Source: Azolla caroliniana (Eukaryota > Plantae > Polypodiophyta). Taken from it: a DNA stretch of 64,000 nt. This document shows positions 31,101 through 47,000 of the stretch, piece by piece (the first letter of the stretch is position 1; each line of letters opens with the position of its first letter). The stretch is from assembly GCA_043228905.1 (NCBI GenBank), contig JBHGNT010000029.1:186001-250000 (forward strand). The letters run 5' to 3'. The position numbers were made by a program, and so were the translations under genes. Below the pieces are notes generated by a model. The model was given only the letters and a program-made list of their open reading frames with translations. It made no database searches and was not told the origin of the DNA.

Positions 31101-34100
31101 TGTTTGAACAGAGAAATCCGATATCACACGAGCAAGGTATGAACAATTTAATTTACTCATTCGCCCTACTCAACTCCCTCCTAAAATTTGGTAATTTCTT
31201 CATGTCTCTTGACCTGAATTTCAAAATTTAGATTTTTTAATTCCATATCATAGCTAGCGTTGTTAGCTTCGATTCGCATGTTTGAACAGAAACATTCGAT
31301 ATCACACGAGCGAGCTATGAACAATTTAATTTACTCATTCGCCCTACTCAACTCCCTCCTCAAATTTGCTAATTTCGTCATGTCTCTCCACCTGAGTTTC
31401 ACAATCTTGATTTCTTAATTCCATATCATAGCTAGCGTTGTTAGCTTCGATTCGCATGTTTGAACAAAGAAATCCGATATCACACAAGCGAGGTATTAAC
31501 ATTTTAATTTACTCAAGGGCTCTACTCAACTCCCTCCTCAAATATGCTAATTTTTTCATGTCTCTCGACCTGAGTTTCCAGATCTGGATTTTCTCATTCC
31601 ATATCATAGCTAGCGTTGTTAGCTCTGATTCCCATGTTTGAACACAAAAATCCGATATCACACGAGCGAGGTATGAACAATTTACTTTACTCATTCGCCC
31701 TCCTCAACTCCCTCCTAAAATTTGGTAATTTCTTCATGTCTCTCGACCTGAGTTTCGAGATCTAGATTTTTTAATTCCATATCATAGCTAGAGTTGTTAG
31801 CTTCGATTTGCATGTTTGAACAGAGAAATCCGATATCACACGAGCGCGGTATGAAGAATTTAATCTACTCATTCGCCCTACTCAACTCCCTCCTAAAATT
31901 TGGTAATTTCTTCATGTCTCTCGACCTGAGTTTCGAGATCTGGATTTTTTAATTCCATATCATAGCTAGAGTTGTTAGCTTCGATTTGCATGTTTGAACA
32001 GAGAAATCTGATATCACACGAGCGCGGTATGAAGAATTTAATCTACTCATTCGCCCTACTCAACTCCCTCCTCAAATTTGGTAATTTCGTCATGTCTCTC
32101 GACCTGAGTTTCAAAATCTTAATTTTTTTATTCCATATCATAGCTAGCGTTGTTAGTTCCGATTCCCTTGTTTATACACAGAAATCCGATATCACACGAG
32201 CCAGGTATGAACAATTTAATTTGCTCAAGGACTCTACTCAACTCCCTCCTCAAATTTGCTAATTTCCTCATGTCTCTCGACCTGAGTTTCCAGATCTGGA
32301 TTTTTTCATTCCATATCATAGCTATCATTGTTAGCTCCGATTTGCATGTTTGAACAGAGAAATCCGATATCACACGAGCGAGGTATGAAGAATTTAATCT
32401 ACTCATTCGCCCTACTCAACTCCCTCCTCAAATTTGGTAATTTCGTCATGTCTCTCGACCTGAGTTTCGAGATCTGGATTTTTTAATTCCATATCATCGC
32501 TAGCATTGTTAGCTCCGATTCCCATGTTTGAACACAGAAATCCGATATCACACGAGCCAGGTATAAACATTTTAATTTACTCATTCGCCCTACTCAACTC
32601 CCTCCTCAAATTTGGTAATTTCTACATGTCTCTGGACCTGAATTTCAAAATTTAGATTTTTTAATTCCATATCATAGCTAGCGTTGTTAGCTTCGATTCG
32701 CATGTTTGAACAGAGAAATCCGATATCACACGACCGAGGTATGAATATTTTAATTTGCTCAAGGAATCTACTCAACTCCCTCCTCAAATTTGCTAATTTC
32801 TTCATGTCTCTCGACCTGAGTTTCAAAATCTTGATTTTTTAATTCTATATCATAGCTAGCGTTGTTAACTTCGATTTGCATGTTTGAACACAGGAATCCG
32901 ATATCACACGAGCGAGGTATGAACATTTTAATTTGCTCAAGGAATCTACTCAACTCCCTCCTCAAATTTGCTAATTTCTTCATGTCTCTCGACCTGAGTT
33001 TCAAAATCTTGATTTTTTAATTCTATATCATAGCTAGCGTTGTTAACTTCGATTTGCATGTTTGAACACAGGAATCCGATATCACACGAGCGAGGTATGA
33101 ACATTTTAATTTGCTCAAGGACTCTACTCAACTCCCTCCTCAAATTTGCTAATTTCTTCATGTCTCGCGACCTGAGTTTCGAGATCTGGATTTTTTAATT
33201 CCATATCATCGCTAGCATTGTTAGCTTCGATTCGCATGTTTGAACACAGGAATCTGATATCACACGAGCGAGGTATGAAGAATTTAATCTACTCATTCGC
33301 CCTACTCAACTCCCTCCTCAAATTTGGTAATTTCGTCATGTCTCTCGACCTGAGTTTCGAGATCTGGATTTTTTAATTCCATATTATAGCTAGAGTTGTT
33401 AGCTTCGATTTGCATGTTTGAACACAGGAATCCGATATCACACGAGCGAGGTATGAACAATTTAATTTACTCATTCGCCCTACTCAACTCCCTCCTCAAA
33501 TTTGGTAATTTCTTCATGTCTGTCGACCTGAATTTCAAAATTTAGATTTTTTAATTCCATATCATAGGTAGCGTTGTTAGCTTCGATTCGCATGTTTGAA
33601 CAGAGAAATCCGATATCACACAAGCGAGGTATTAACATTTTAATTTACTTAAGGGCTCTACTCAACTCCCTCCTCAAATTTGCTAGTTTCTTCATGTCTC
33701 TCGACCTGAGTTTCAAAATCTGGATTTTTTCATTCCATATCATAGCTAGCGTTGTTAGCTTCGAATGGCATGTTTGAACAGAGAAATCCGATATCACACG
33801 AGCGAGGTATGAACAATTTAATTTACTCATTCGCCCTACTCAACTCACTCCTCAAATTTGGTAATTTCTACATGTCTCTCGACCTGAATTTCAAAATTTA
33901 GATTTTTTAATTCCATATCATAGCTAGCGTTGTTAGCTTCGATTCGCATGTTTGAACAGAGAAATCCGGTATCACACGACCGAGGTATGAACAATTTAAT
34001 TTACTCATTCGCCCTACTCAACTCCCTCCTCAAATTTGGTAATTTCTTCATGTCTCTCGAACTGAGTTTCCAGATCTGGATTTTTTCATTCCCTATCATA

Positions 34101-37100
34101 GCTAGCGTTGTTAGCTCCGATTCCCATGTTTGAAAACAGAAATCCGATATTACACGAGCGAGGTATGAACATTTTAATTTGCTCAAGCGCTCTACTCAAC
34201 TCCCTCCTCAAATTTGGTAATTTCTTCATGTCTCTCGACCTGAGTTTCGAAATCTTGATTTTTTAATTTCATATAATAGCTAACGTTGTTAGCTTCGATT
34301 CGCATGTTTGAACACAGGAATCCGATGTCACACGAGCGAGGTATGAAGAATTTAATCTACTCATTCGCCCTACTCAACTCCCTCCTCAAATTTGCTAATT
34401 TCGTCATGTCTCTCGACCTGAGTTTCGAGATCTGGATTTTCTAATTCCATATCATAGCTAGAGTTGTTAGCTTCGATTTGCATGTTTGAACACAGGAATC
34501 CGATATCACACGAGCGAGGTATGAACAATTTAATTTACTCATTCGCCCTACTCAACTCCCTCCTCAAATTTGGTAATTTCTTCATGTCTCTCGACCTGAA
34601 TTTCAAAATTTAGATTTTTTAATTCCATATCATAGGTAGCGTTGTTAGCTTAGATTCGCATGTTTGAACAGAGAAATCCGATATCACACAAGCGAGGTAT
34701 TAACATTTTAATTTACTTAAGGGCTCTACTCAACTCCCTCCTCAAATTTGCTAATTTCTTCATGTCTCTCGACCTGAGTTTAAAAATCTGGATTTTTTCA
34801 TTCCATATCATAGCTAGCGTTGTTAGCTTCGAATGGCATGTTTGAACAGAGAAATCCGATATCACACGAGCGAGGTATGAACAATTTAATTTACTCATTC
34901 GCCCTACTCAACTCCCTCCTCAAATTTGGTAATTTCTACATGTCTCTCGACCTGAATTTCAAAATTTAGATTTGTTAATTCCATATCATAGCTAGCGTTG
35001 TTAGCTTCGTTTCGCATGTTTGAACAGAGAAATCCGATATCACACGACCGAGGTATGAACAATTTAATTTACTCATTCGCCCTACTCAACTCCCTCCTCA
35101 AATTTGGTAATTTCTTCATCTCTCTCGAACTGAGTTTCCAGATCTGGATTTTTTCATTCCCTATCATAGCTAGCGTTGTTAGCTCCGATTCCCATGTTTG
35201 AACACAGAAATCCGATCTTACACGAGCGAGGTATGAACATTTTAATTTGCTCAAGCGCTCTACTCAACTCCCTCCTCAAATTTGGTAATTTCTTCATGTC
35301 TCTCGACCTGAGTTTCGAAATCTTGATTTTTTAATTTCATATCATAGCTAGCGTTGTTAGCTTCGATTCGCATGTTTGAACACATGAATCCGATATCACA
35401 CGAGCGAGGTATGAAGAATTTAATCTACTCATTCGCGCTACTCAAAAACTTGATTTTTTAATTCCATATCATAGGTTGCGTTGTTAGATTCGAATGGCAT
35501 GTTTGGACACAGGAATCCGATATCACACGTGCGAGGTATGAACAATTTAATTTACTCATTCGCCCTAGTCAACTCCCTCCTAAATTTGGTAATTTCATCA
35601 TATCTCTCGACCTGAGTTTCAAAATCTTGATTTTTTCATTCCATATAATAGCTAGCGTTGTTAGCTCCGATTCCCATGTTTGAACACAGAAATCCGATAT
35701 TACAGGAGCGAGGTATGAACAATTTAATTTACTCATTCGCCCTACTCAACTCCCTCCTCAAATTTGGTAATTTCTTCATGTCTCATGACCTGAATTTCAA
35801 AATTTAGATTTTTTAATTACATATCATAGCTAGCGTTGTTAGCTTCGATTCGCATGTTTGAACAGAGAAATCCGATATCACACAAGCGAGGTATTAACAT
35901 TTTAATTTACTCAAGGGCTCTACTCAACTCCCTCCTCAAATTTGCTAATTTCTTCATGTCTCTCGACTTGAGTTTCCGAATCTGGATTTTTTCATTCCAT
36001 ATCATAGCTCGCGTTGTTAGCTCCGATTTACATGTTTGAACACAGAAATCCGATATTACACGAGCCAGGTATGAACATTTTAATTTGCTCAAGGGCTCTA
36101 CTCAACTCCCTCCTCAAATTTGGTAATTTCTTTATGTGTCTCGACCTGAGTTTCACAATCTTGATATTTTAATACCATATCATAGCTAGCGTTGTTAGCT
36201 TCGATTCGCATGTTTGAACAGAGAAATCCGATATCACACGAGCGAGGTATTAACATTTTAATTTACTCAAGGGCTCTACTCAACTCCCTCCTCAAATTTG
36301 CTAATTTCTTCATGTCTCTCGACCTGAGTTTCCAGATCTGGATTTTTTTATTCCATATCATAGCTAGCGTTGTTAGCTTTGAATGGCATGTTTGAACACA
36401 GGAATCCGATATCACACGAGCGAGGTATTAACATTTTAATTTACTCCAGGGCTCTACTCAACTCGCTCCTCAAATATGCTAATTTCTTCATGTCTCTCCA
36501 CCTGAGGTTGCAGATCTGGATTTTTTTATTCCATATCATAGCTAGCATTGTTACCTCCGATTTGCATGTTTGAACAGAGAAATCCGATATCACACGAGCG
36601 AGGTATGAAGAATTTAATCTACTCATTCGCCCTACTCAACTCCCTCCTCAAATTTGGTAATTTCGTCATGTCTCTCGACCTGAGTTTGCAGATCTGGATT
36701 TTTTCATTCCATATCATAGCTAGCGTTGTTAGCTCCGATTTGCATGTTTGAACACAGAAATCTGATATTACACGAGCCAGGTATGAACATTTTAATTTGC
36801 TCAACGGCTCTACTCAACTCCCTCCTCAAATTTGGTAATTTCTTCATGTCTCTCGACCTGAGTTTCAAAAACTTGATTTTTTAATTCCATATCATAGGTA
36901 GCGTTGTTAGATTCAAATGGCCTGTTTGGACACAGGAATCCGATATCACACGAGCGAGGTATGAACAATTTAATTTACTCATTCGCCCTACTCAACTCCC
37001 TCCTCAAATTTGGTAATTTCTTCATGTCTCACGAACTGAATTTCAAAATTTAGATTTTTTAATTCCATATCATAGCTAGCGTTGTTAGCTTCGATTCGCA

Positions 37101-40100
37101 TGTTTGAACAGAGAAATCCGATATCACACAAGCGAGGTATTAACATTTTAATTTACTCAAGGGCTCTACTCAACTCCCTCCTCAAATTTGCTAATTCCTT
37201 CATGTCTCTCGACCTAAGTTTCCAGATCTGGATTTTTTCATTGCATATCATAGCTAGCGTTGTTAGCGCCGATTTGCATGTTTGAACACAGAAATCCGAT
37301 ATTACACGAGCCAGGTATGAACATTTTAATTTCCTCAAGGGCTCTACTCAACTCCCTCCTCAATTTTGGTAATTTCTTCATGTCTCTCGACCTGAATTTC
37401 AAAATCTTAATTTTTTAATTCCATATCATAGCTAGCGTTGTTAGCTTCGAATGGCATGTTTGAACACAAAAATCCGATATCACACGAGCAAGGTATGAGC
37501 AATTTAATTTACTCATTCGCCCTACTCAACTCCCTTCTCAAATTTGGTAATTTCTTCATGTCTCTCGACCTGAATTTCAAAATTTAGATTTTTTAATTCC
37601 AGATCATAGCTAGCGTTGTTAGCTTGGATTCGCATGTTTGAACAGAGAATTCCGATATCACACAAGCGAGGTATTAACATTTTAATTTACTCAAGGGCTC
37701 TACTCAACTCGCTCCTCAAATTTGCTAATTTCTTCATGTCTCTCGACCTGAGTTTCCAGATCTGGATTTTTTCATTCCATATCATAGCTAGCATTGTTAG
37801 CTCCGATTCCCATGTTTAAACACAGAAATCCGATATTACACGAGCGAGGTATTAACATTTTAATTTACTCAAGGGCTCTACTCAACTCCCTCCTGAAATT
37901 TGCTAATTTCTTCATGTCTCTCGACCTAAGTTTCCAGATCTGGATTTTTTCATTCCATATCATAGCTAGCGTTGTTAGCTCCAATTCCCATGTTTGAACA
38001 CAGAAATCCGATATTACACGAGCCAGGTATGAACATTTTAATTTGCTCAAGGGCTCTACTCAACTCCCTCCCAAAATTTGGTAATTTCTACATGTCTCTC
38101 GACCTGAGTTTCAAAATCTTAATTTTTTCATTCCATATCATAGGTAGCGTTGTTAGATTCGAATGGCATGTTTGGACACAGGAATCCGATATCACACGAG
38201 CGAGGTATGAACAATTTAATTTACTCATTCGCCCTAGTCAACTCCCTCCTAAATTTGGTAATTTCATCATGTCTCTCGACCTGAGTTTCAAAATCTTGAT
38301 TTTTTCATTCCATATAATAGCTAGCGTTGTTAGCTCCGATTCCCATGTTTGAACACAGAAATCCGATATTACACGAGCGAGGTATGAACAATTTAATTTA
38401 CTGATACGCCCTACTCAACTCCCTCCTCAAATTTGGTAATTTCTTCATGTCTCACGAACTGAATTTCAAAATTTAGATTTTTTAATTCCATATCATAGCT
38501 AGCGTTGTTAGCTTCCATTCGCATGTTTGAACAGAGAAATCCGATATCACACAAGCGAGGTATTAACATTTTAATTTACTCAAGGGCTCTACTCAACTCC
38601 CTCCTCAAATTTGCTAATTTCTTCATGTCTCTCGACCTGAGATTCAAGATCTGGATTTTTTCATTCCATATCATAGCTAGCGTTGTTAGCGCCGATTTGC
38701 ATGTTTGAACACAGAAATCCGATATTACACGAGCCAGGTATGAACATTTTAATTTCCTCAAGGGCTCTACTCAACTCCCTCCTCAATTTTGGTAATTTCT
38801 TCATGTCTCTCGACCTGAGTTTCAAAATCTTAATTTTTTAATTCCATATCATAGCTAGCGTTGTTAGCTTCGAATGGCATGTTTGAACACAAAAATCCGA
38901 TATCACACGAGCGAGGGATGAGCAATTTAATTTACTCATTCGCCCTACTCAACTCCCTTCTCAAATTTGGTAATTTCTTCATGTCTCTCGACCTCAGTTT
39001 CCAGATCTAGATTTTTTCATTCCATATCATAGCTAGCGTTGTTAGCTCCGATTCCCATGTTTGAACACAGAAATCCGATATCACACGAGCCACGTATAAA
39101 CATTTTAATTTGCTCAAGCGCTCTACTCAACTCCCTCCTCAAATTTGGTAATATCTTCATGTCTTTCGACCTGAGTTTCAAAATCTTGATTTTTTAATTC
39201 CATATCCTAGCTAGCGTTGTTAGCTTCGAATGGCATGTTTGACCACAAAAATCCGATATCACACGAGCGAGGTATGAACAATTTAATTTACTCATTCGCC
39301 ATACTCAACTCCATCCTCAAATTTGGTAATTTCGTCATGTCTCTCGACCTGAGTTTTAAAATCTGAGTTTTTTAATTCCATATCATAGCTAGCGTTGTTA
39401 GCTTCGATTTGCATGTTTGAACAGAGAAATCCGATATCACACGAGCAAGGTATGAACAATTTAATTTACTCATTCGCCCTACTCAACTCCCTCCTCAAAT
39501 TTGGTTATTTCTTCATGTCTCTCGACCTGAATTTCAAAATTTAGATTTTGTAATTCCATATCATAGCTAGCGTTGTTAGCTTCGATTCGCATGTTTGAAC
39601 AGAGAAATCCGATATCACACAAGCGAGGTATTAACATTTTAATTTACTCAAGGGCTCTACTCAACTCCCTCCTCAAATTTGCTAATTTCTTCATGTCTCT
39701 CGACCTGAGTTTCTAGATCTAGATTTTTTCATTCCATATCATAGCTAGCGTTGTTAGCTCCGATTCCCATGTTTGAACACAGAAATCCGATATCACACGA
39801 GCCACGTATAAACATTTTAATTTGCTCAAGCGCTCTACTCAACTCCCTGCTCAAATTTGGTAATATCTTCATGTCTTTCGACGTGAGTTTCAAAATCTTG
39901 ATTTTTTAATTCCATATCCTAGCTAGCGTTGTTAGCTTCGAATGGCATGTTTGAACACAAAAATCCGATATCACACGAGCGAGGTATGAACAATTTAATC
40001 TACTCATTCGCCCTACTCAACTCCCTCCTCAAATTTGGTAATTTCGTCATGTCTCTCGACCTTAGTTTCAAAATCTTGATTTTTTTATTCCATATCATAG

Positions 40101-41099
40101 CTAGCGTTGTTAGTTCCGATTCCCATGTTTGAACACAGGAATCCGATATCACACGAGCGAGGTATGAACATTTTAATTTGCTCAAGGACTCTACTCAACT
40201 CCCTCCTCAAATTTGCTAATTTCTTCATGTCTCGCGACCTGAGTTTCGAGATCTGGATTTTTTAATTCCATATCCTAGCTAGCGTTGTTAGCTTCGAATG
40301 GCATGTTTGAACACAAAAATCCGATATCACACGAGCGAGGTATGAACAATTTAATTTACTCATTCTCCCTACTCAACTCCCTCCTCAAATTTGGTAATTT
40401 CGTCATGTCTCTCGACCTGAGTTTTAAAATCTGAGATTTTTAATTCCATATCATAGCTAGCTTGTTAGCTTCGATTTGCATGTTTGAACACAGAAATCCG
40501 ATATCACACGAGCAAGGTATGAACAATTTAATTTACTCATTCGCCCTACTCAACTCCCTCCTCAAATTTGGTTATTTCTTCATGTCTCTCGACCTGAATT
40601 TCAAAATTTGGATTTTTAATTCCATATCATAGCTAGCGTTGTTAGCTTCGATTCGCATGTTTGAACAGAAACATCCGATATCACACGAGCGAGCTATGAA
40701 CAATTTAATTTACTGATTCGCCCTACTCAACTCCCTCCTCAAATTTGCTAATTTCGTCATGTCTCTCCACCTGAGTTTCACAATCTTGATTTCTTAATTC
40801 CATATCATAGCTAGCGTTGTTAGCTTCGATTCGCATGTTTGAACAGAGAAATCCGATATCACACAAGCGAGGTATTAACATTTTAATTTGCTCAAGGGCT
40901 CTACTCAACTCGCTCCTCAAATATGCTAATTTCTTCATGTCTCTCGACCTGAGTTTCCAGATCTGGATTTTTTCATTCCATATCATAGCTAGCATTGTTA
41001 GCTCTGATTCCCATGTTTGAACACAAAAATCCGATATCACACGAGCGAGGTATGAACAATTTAATTTACTCATTCGCCCTACTCAACTCCCTCCTAAAA

Positions 41100-44000
41100 T
41101 TTGGTAATTTCTTCATGTCTCTCGACCTGAGTTTCGAGATCTGGATTTTTTAATTCCATATCATAGCTAGAGTTGTTTGCTTCGATTTGCATGTTTGAAC
41201 AGAGAAATCCGATATCACACGAGCGAGGTATGAACAATTTAATTTACTGATTCGCCCTACTCAACTCCCTCCTCAAATTTGGTAATTTCTTCATGTCTCT
41301 CGACCTGAATTTCAAAATTTAGATTTTTTAATTCCATATCATAGCTAACATTGTTAGCTTCGATTTGCATGTTTGAATAGAGAAATCCGATATCACACGA
41401 GCGAGGTATTAACATTTTAATTTACTCAAGGGCTCTACTCAACACCCTCCTCAAATTTGCTAATTTCTTCATGTCTCTCGACCTGAATTTCCAGATATGG
41501 ATTATTTCATTCCATATCATAGCTAGCGTTGTTTGCTCCGATTCCCATGTTTGAACACAGAAATCCGATAATACACGAGCGAGGTATGAACATTTTAATT
41601 TGCTCAAGGGCTCTACTCAACTCCCTCCTCAAATTTGCTAATTTCTTCATGTCTCTCGACCTGAGTTTCAAAATCTTGATTTCTTAATTCCATATCATAG
41701 CTAGCGTTTTTAGCTTCGATTCGCATGTTTGAACACAAGAATCCGATATCACACGAGCGAGCTATGAACAATTTAATTTACTCATTCGCCCTACTCAACT
41801 CCCTCCTCAAATTTGCTAATTTCGTCATGTCTCTCGACCTGAGTTTCACAATCTTGATTTTTTAGTTCCATATTATAGCTAGCGTTGTTAGCTTCGATTC
41901 GCAAGTTTGAACACAGGAATGCGATATCACACGACCGAGGTATGAACAATTTAATCTACTCATTCGCCCTACTCAACTCCCTCCTCAAATTTGGTAATTT
42001 CTTCATGTCTCTCGACCTGAGTTTTAAAATCTTGATTTTTTTATTCCATATCATAGCTAGCGTTGTTAGTTCCGATTCCCATGTTTGAACAGAAAAATCC
42101 GATATCACACGAGCGAGGTATGAACAATTTAATTTACTCATTCGCCCTACTCAACTCCCTCCTAAAATTTGGTAATTTCTTCATGTCTCTCGACCTTAGT
42201 TTCGAGATCTCGATTTTTTAATTCCATATCATAGCTAGCGTTGTTAGCTTCGATTCGCATGTTTGAACACAGGAATCCGATATCACACGAGCGAGCTATA
42301 AACAATTTAATTTACTCATTCGCCCTACTCAACTCCCTCCTCAAATTTGGTAATTTCTTCATGTCTCTCCACCTGAGTTTCACAATCTTGATTTTTGAAT
42401 TCCATATCCTAGCTAGCGTTGTTAGCTTCGAATGGCATGTTTGAACACAAAAATCCGATATTACACGAGCCAGGTATGAACATTTTAATTTGCTCAAGGG
42501 CTCTACTCAACTCCCTCCTCAAATTTGCTAATTTCTTTATGTCTTTCGACCTGAGTTTCCAGATCTGGATTTTTTCATTCCATATCATAGCTAGCGTTGT
42601 TAGCTCCGATTCCCATGTTTGAACACAGAAATCCGATATTACACGAGCTAGGTATGAACATTTTAATTTTCTCAAGGGCTCTACTCAACTCCCTCCTCAA
42701 ATTTGGTAATTTCTTCATGTCTCTCGACCTGAGTTTCAAAATCTTGATTTTTTAATTCCATATCATAGCTAGCGTTGTTAGCTCCGATTCCCATGTTTGA
42801 ACACAAAAATCCGATATTACACGAGCCAGGTATGAACATTTTAATTTGCTCAAGAGCTCTACTCAACTCCCTCCTAAAATTTGGTAATTTCTTCATGTCG
42901 ATCGACCTGAGTTTCAAAATCTTGATTTTTTAATTCCATATCCTAGCTAGCGTTGTTAGCTTCGATTTGCATGTTTGAACACAGGAATCCGATATCACAC
43001 GAGCGAAGTATGAACATTTTAATTTGCTCAAGGACTCTACTCAACTCCCTCCTCAAATTTGCTAATTTCTTCATGTCTCTCGACCTGAGTTTCGAGATCT
43101 GGATTTTTTAATTCCATATCATAGCTAGAGTTGTTAGCTTCGATTTGCTTGTTTGAACAGAGAAATCCGATATCACACGAGCGAGGTATGAACAATTTAA
43201 TTTACTCATTCGCCCTACTCAACTCCCTCCTCAAATTTGGTAATTTCTTCATGTCTCTCGACCTGAATTTCAAAATTTAGATTTTTTAATTCCATGTCAT
43301 AGCTAACATTGTTAGCTTCGATTTGCATGTTTGAATAGAGAAATCCGATATCACACGAGCGAGGTATTAACATTTTAATTTACTCAAGGGCTCTACTCAA
43401 CTCCCTCCTCAAATTTGCTAATTTCTTCATGTCTCTCGACCTGAATTTCCAGATATGGATTATTTCATTCCATATCATAGCTAGCGTTGTTTGCTCCGAT
43501 TCCCATGTTTGAACACAGAAATCCGATATTACACGAGCGAGGTATGAACATTTTAATTTGCTCAAGGGCTCTACTCAACTCCCTCCTCAAATTTGCTAAT
43601 TTCTTCATGTCTCTCGACCTGAGTTTCAAAATCTTGATTTCTTAATTCAATATCATAGCTAGCGTTTTTAGCTTCGATTCGCATGTTTGAACACAAGAAT
43701 CCGATATCACACGAGCGAGCTATGAACAATTTAATTTACTCATTCGCCCTACTCAACTCCCTCCTCAAATTTGCTAATTTCGTCATGTCTCTCGACCTGA
43801 GTTTCACAATCTTGATTTTTTAGTTCCATATTATAGCTAGCGTCGTTAGCTTCGATTCGCAAGTTTGAACACAAGAATCCGATATCACACGAGCGAGGTA
43901 TGAACAATTTAATCTACTCATTCGCCTTACTCAACTCCCTCCTCAAATTTGGTAATTTCTTCATGTCTCTCGACCTGAGTTTTAAAATCTTGATTTTTTT

Positions 44001-47000
44001 ATTCCATATCATAGCTAGCGTTGTTAGTTCCGATTCCCATGTTTGAACAGAAAAATCCGATATCACACGAGCGAGGTATGAACAATTTAATTTACTCATT
44101 CGCCCTACTCAACTCCCTCCTAAAATTTGGTAATTTCTTCATGTCTCTCGACCTTAGTTTCGAGATCTCGATTTTTTAATTCCATATCATAGCTAGCGTT
44201 GTTAGCTTCGATTCGCATGTTTGAACACAGGAATCCGATATCACACGAGCGAGCTATAAACAATTTAATTTACTCATTCGCCCTACTCAACTCCCTCCTC
44301 AAATTTGGTAATTTCTTCATGTCTCTCCACCTGAGTTTCACAATCTTGATTTTTTAATTCCATATCCCAGCTAGCGTTGTTAGCTTCGAATGGCATGTTT
44401 GAACACAAAAATCCGATATTACACGAGCTAGGTCTGAACATTTTAATTTGCTCAAGGGCTCTACTCAACTCCCTCCTCAAATTTGGTAATTTCTTCATGT
44501 CTCTCGACCTGAGTTTCGAAATCTTGATTTTTTAATTCCATATCCTAGCTAGCGTTGTTAGCTTCGAATGGCATGTTTGACCACAAAAATCCGATATCAC
44601 ACGAGCGAGGTATGAACAATTTAATTTACTCATTCGCCATACTCAACTCCATCCTCAAATTTGGTAATTTCGTCATGTCTCTCGACCTGAGTTTTAAAAT
44701 CTGAGTTTTTTAATTCCATATCATAGCTAGCGTTGTTAGCTTCGATTTGCATGTTTGAACAGAGAAATCCGATATCACACGAGCAAGGTATGAACAATTT
44801 AATTTACTCATTCGCCCTACTCAACTCCCTCCTCAAATTTGGTTATTTCTTCATGTCTCTCGACCTGAATTTCAAAATTTAGATTTTGTAATTCCATATC
44901 ATAGCTAGCGTTGTTAGCTTCGATTCGCATGTTTGAACAGAGAAATCCGATATCACACAAGCGAGGTATTAACATTTTAATTTACTCAAGGGCTCTACTC
45001 AACTCCCTCCTCAAATTTGCTAATTTCTTCATGTCTCTCGACCTGAGTTTCGAGATCTGGATTTTTTAATTCCATATCATAGCTAGAGTTGTTAGCTTCG
45101 ATTTGCTTGTTTGAACAGAGAAATCCGATATCACACGAGCGAGGTATGAACAATTTAATTTACTCATTCGCCCTACTCAACTCCCTCCTCAAATTTGGTA
45201 ATTTCTTCATGTCTCTCGACCTGAATTTCAAAATTTAGATTTTTTAATTCCATGTCATAGCTAACATTGTTAGCTTCGATTTGCATGTTTGAATAGAGAA
45301 ATCCGATATCACACGAGCGAGGTATTAACATTTTAATTTACTCAAGGGCTCTACTCAACTCCCTCCTCAAATTTGCTAATTTCTTCATGTCTCTCGACCT
45401 GAATTTCCAGATATGGATTATTTCATTCCATATCATAGCTAGCGTTGTTTGCTCCGATTCCCATGTTTGAACACAGAAATCCGATATTACACGAGCGAGG
45501 TATGAACATTTTAATTTGCTCAAGGGCTCTACTCAACTCCCTCCTCAAATTTGCTAATTTCTTCATGTCTCTCGACCTGAGTTTCAAAATCTTGATTTCT
45601 TAATTCAATATCATAGCTAGCGTTTTTAGCTTCGATTCGCATGTTTGAACACAAGAATCCGATATCACACGAGCGAGCTATGAACAATTTAATTTACTCA
45701 TTCGCCCTACTCAACTCCCTCCTCAAATTTGCTAATTTCGTCATGTCTCTCGACCTGAGTTTCACAATCTTGATTTTTTAGTTCCATATTATAGCTAGCG
45801 TTGTTAGCTTCGATTCGCAAGTTTGAACACAAGAATCCGATATCACACGAGCGAGGTATGAACAATTTAATCTACTCATTCGCCTTACTCAACTCCCTCC
45901 TCAAATTTGGTAATTTCTTCATGTCTCTCGACCTGAGTTTTAAAATCTTGATTTTTTTATTCCATATCATAGCTAGCGTTGTTAGTTCCGATTCCCATGT
46001 TTGAACAGAAAAATCCGATATCACACGAGCGAGGTATGAACAATTTAATTTACTCATTCGCCCTACTCAACTCCCTCCTAAAATTTGGTAATTTCTTCAT
46101 GTCTCTCGACCTTAGTTTCGAGATCTCGATTTTTTAATTCCATATCATAGCTAGCGTTGTTAGCTTCGATTCGCATGTTTGAACACAGGAATCCGATATC
46201 ACACGAGCGAGCTATAAACAATTTAATTTACTCATTCGCCCTACTCAACTCCCTCCTCAAATTTGGTAATTTCTTCATGTCTCTCCACCTGAGTTTCACA
46301 ATCTTGATTTTTTAATTCCATATCCCAGCTAGCGTTGTTAGCTTCGAATGGCATGTTTGAACACAAAAATCCGATATTACACGAGCTAGGTCTGAACATT
46401 TTAATTTGCTCAAGGGCTCTACTCAACTCCCTCCTCAAATTTGGTAATTTCTTCATGTCTCTCGACCTGAGTTTCGAAATCTTGATTTTTTAATTCCATA
46501 TCCTAGCTAGCGTTGTTAGCTTCGAATGGCATGTTTGACCACAAAAATCCGATATCACACGAGCGAGGTATGAACAATTTAATTTACTCATTCGCCATAC
46601 TCAACTCCATCCTCAAATTTGGTAATTTCGTCATGTCTCTCGACCTGAGTTTTAAAATCTGAGTTTTTTAATTCCATATCATAGCTAGCGTTGTTAGCTT
46701 CGATTTGCATGTTTGAACAGAGAAATCCGATATCACACGAGCAAGGTATGAACAATTTAATTTACTCATTCGCCCTACTCAACTCCCTCCTCAAATTTGG
46801 TTATTTCTTCATGTCTCTCGACCTGAATTTCAAAATTTAGATTTTGTAATTCCATATCATAGCTAGCGTTGTTAGCTTCGATTCGCATGTTTGAACAGAG
46901 AAATCCGATATCACACAAGCGAGGTATTAACATTTTAATTTACTCAAGGGCTCTACTCAACTCCCTCCTCAAATTTGCTAATTTCTTCATGTCTCTCGAC

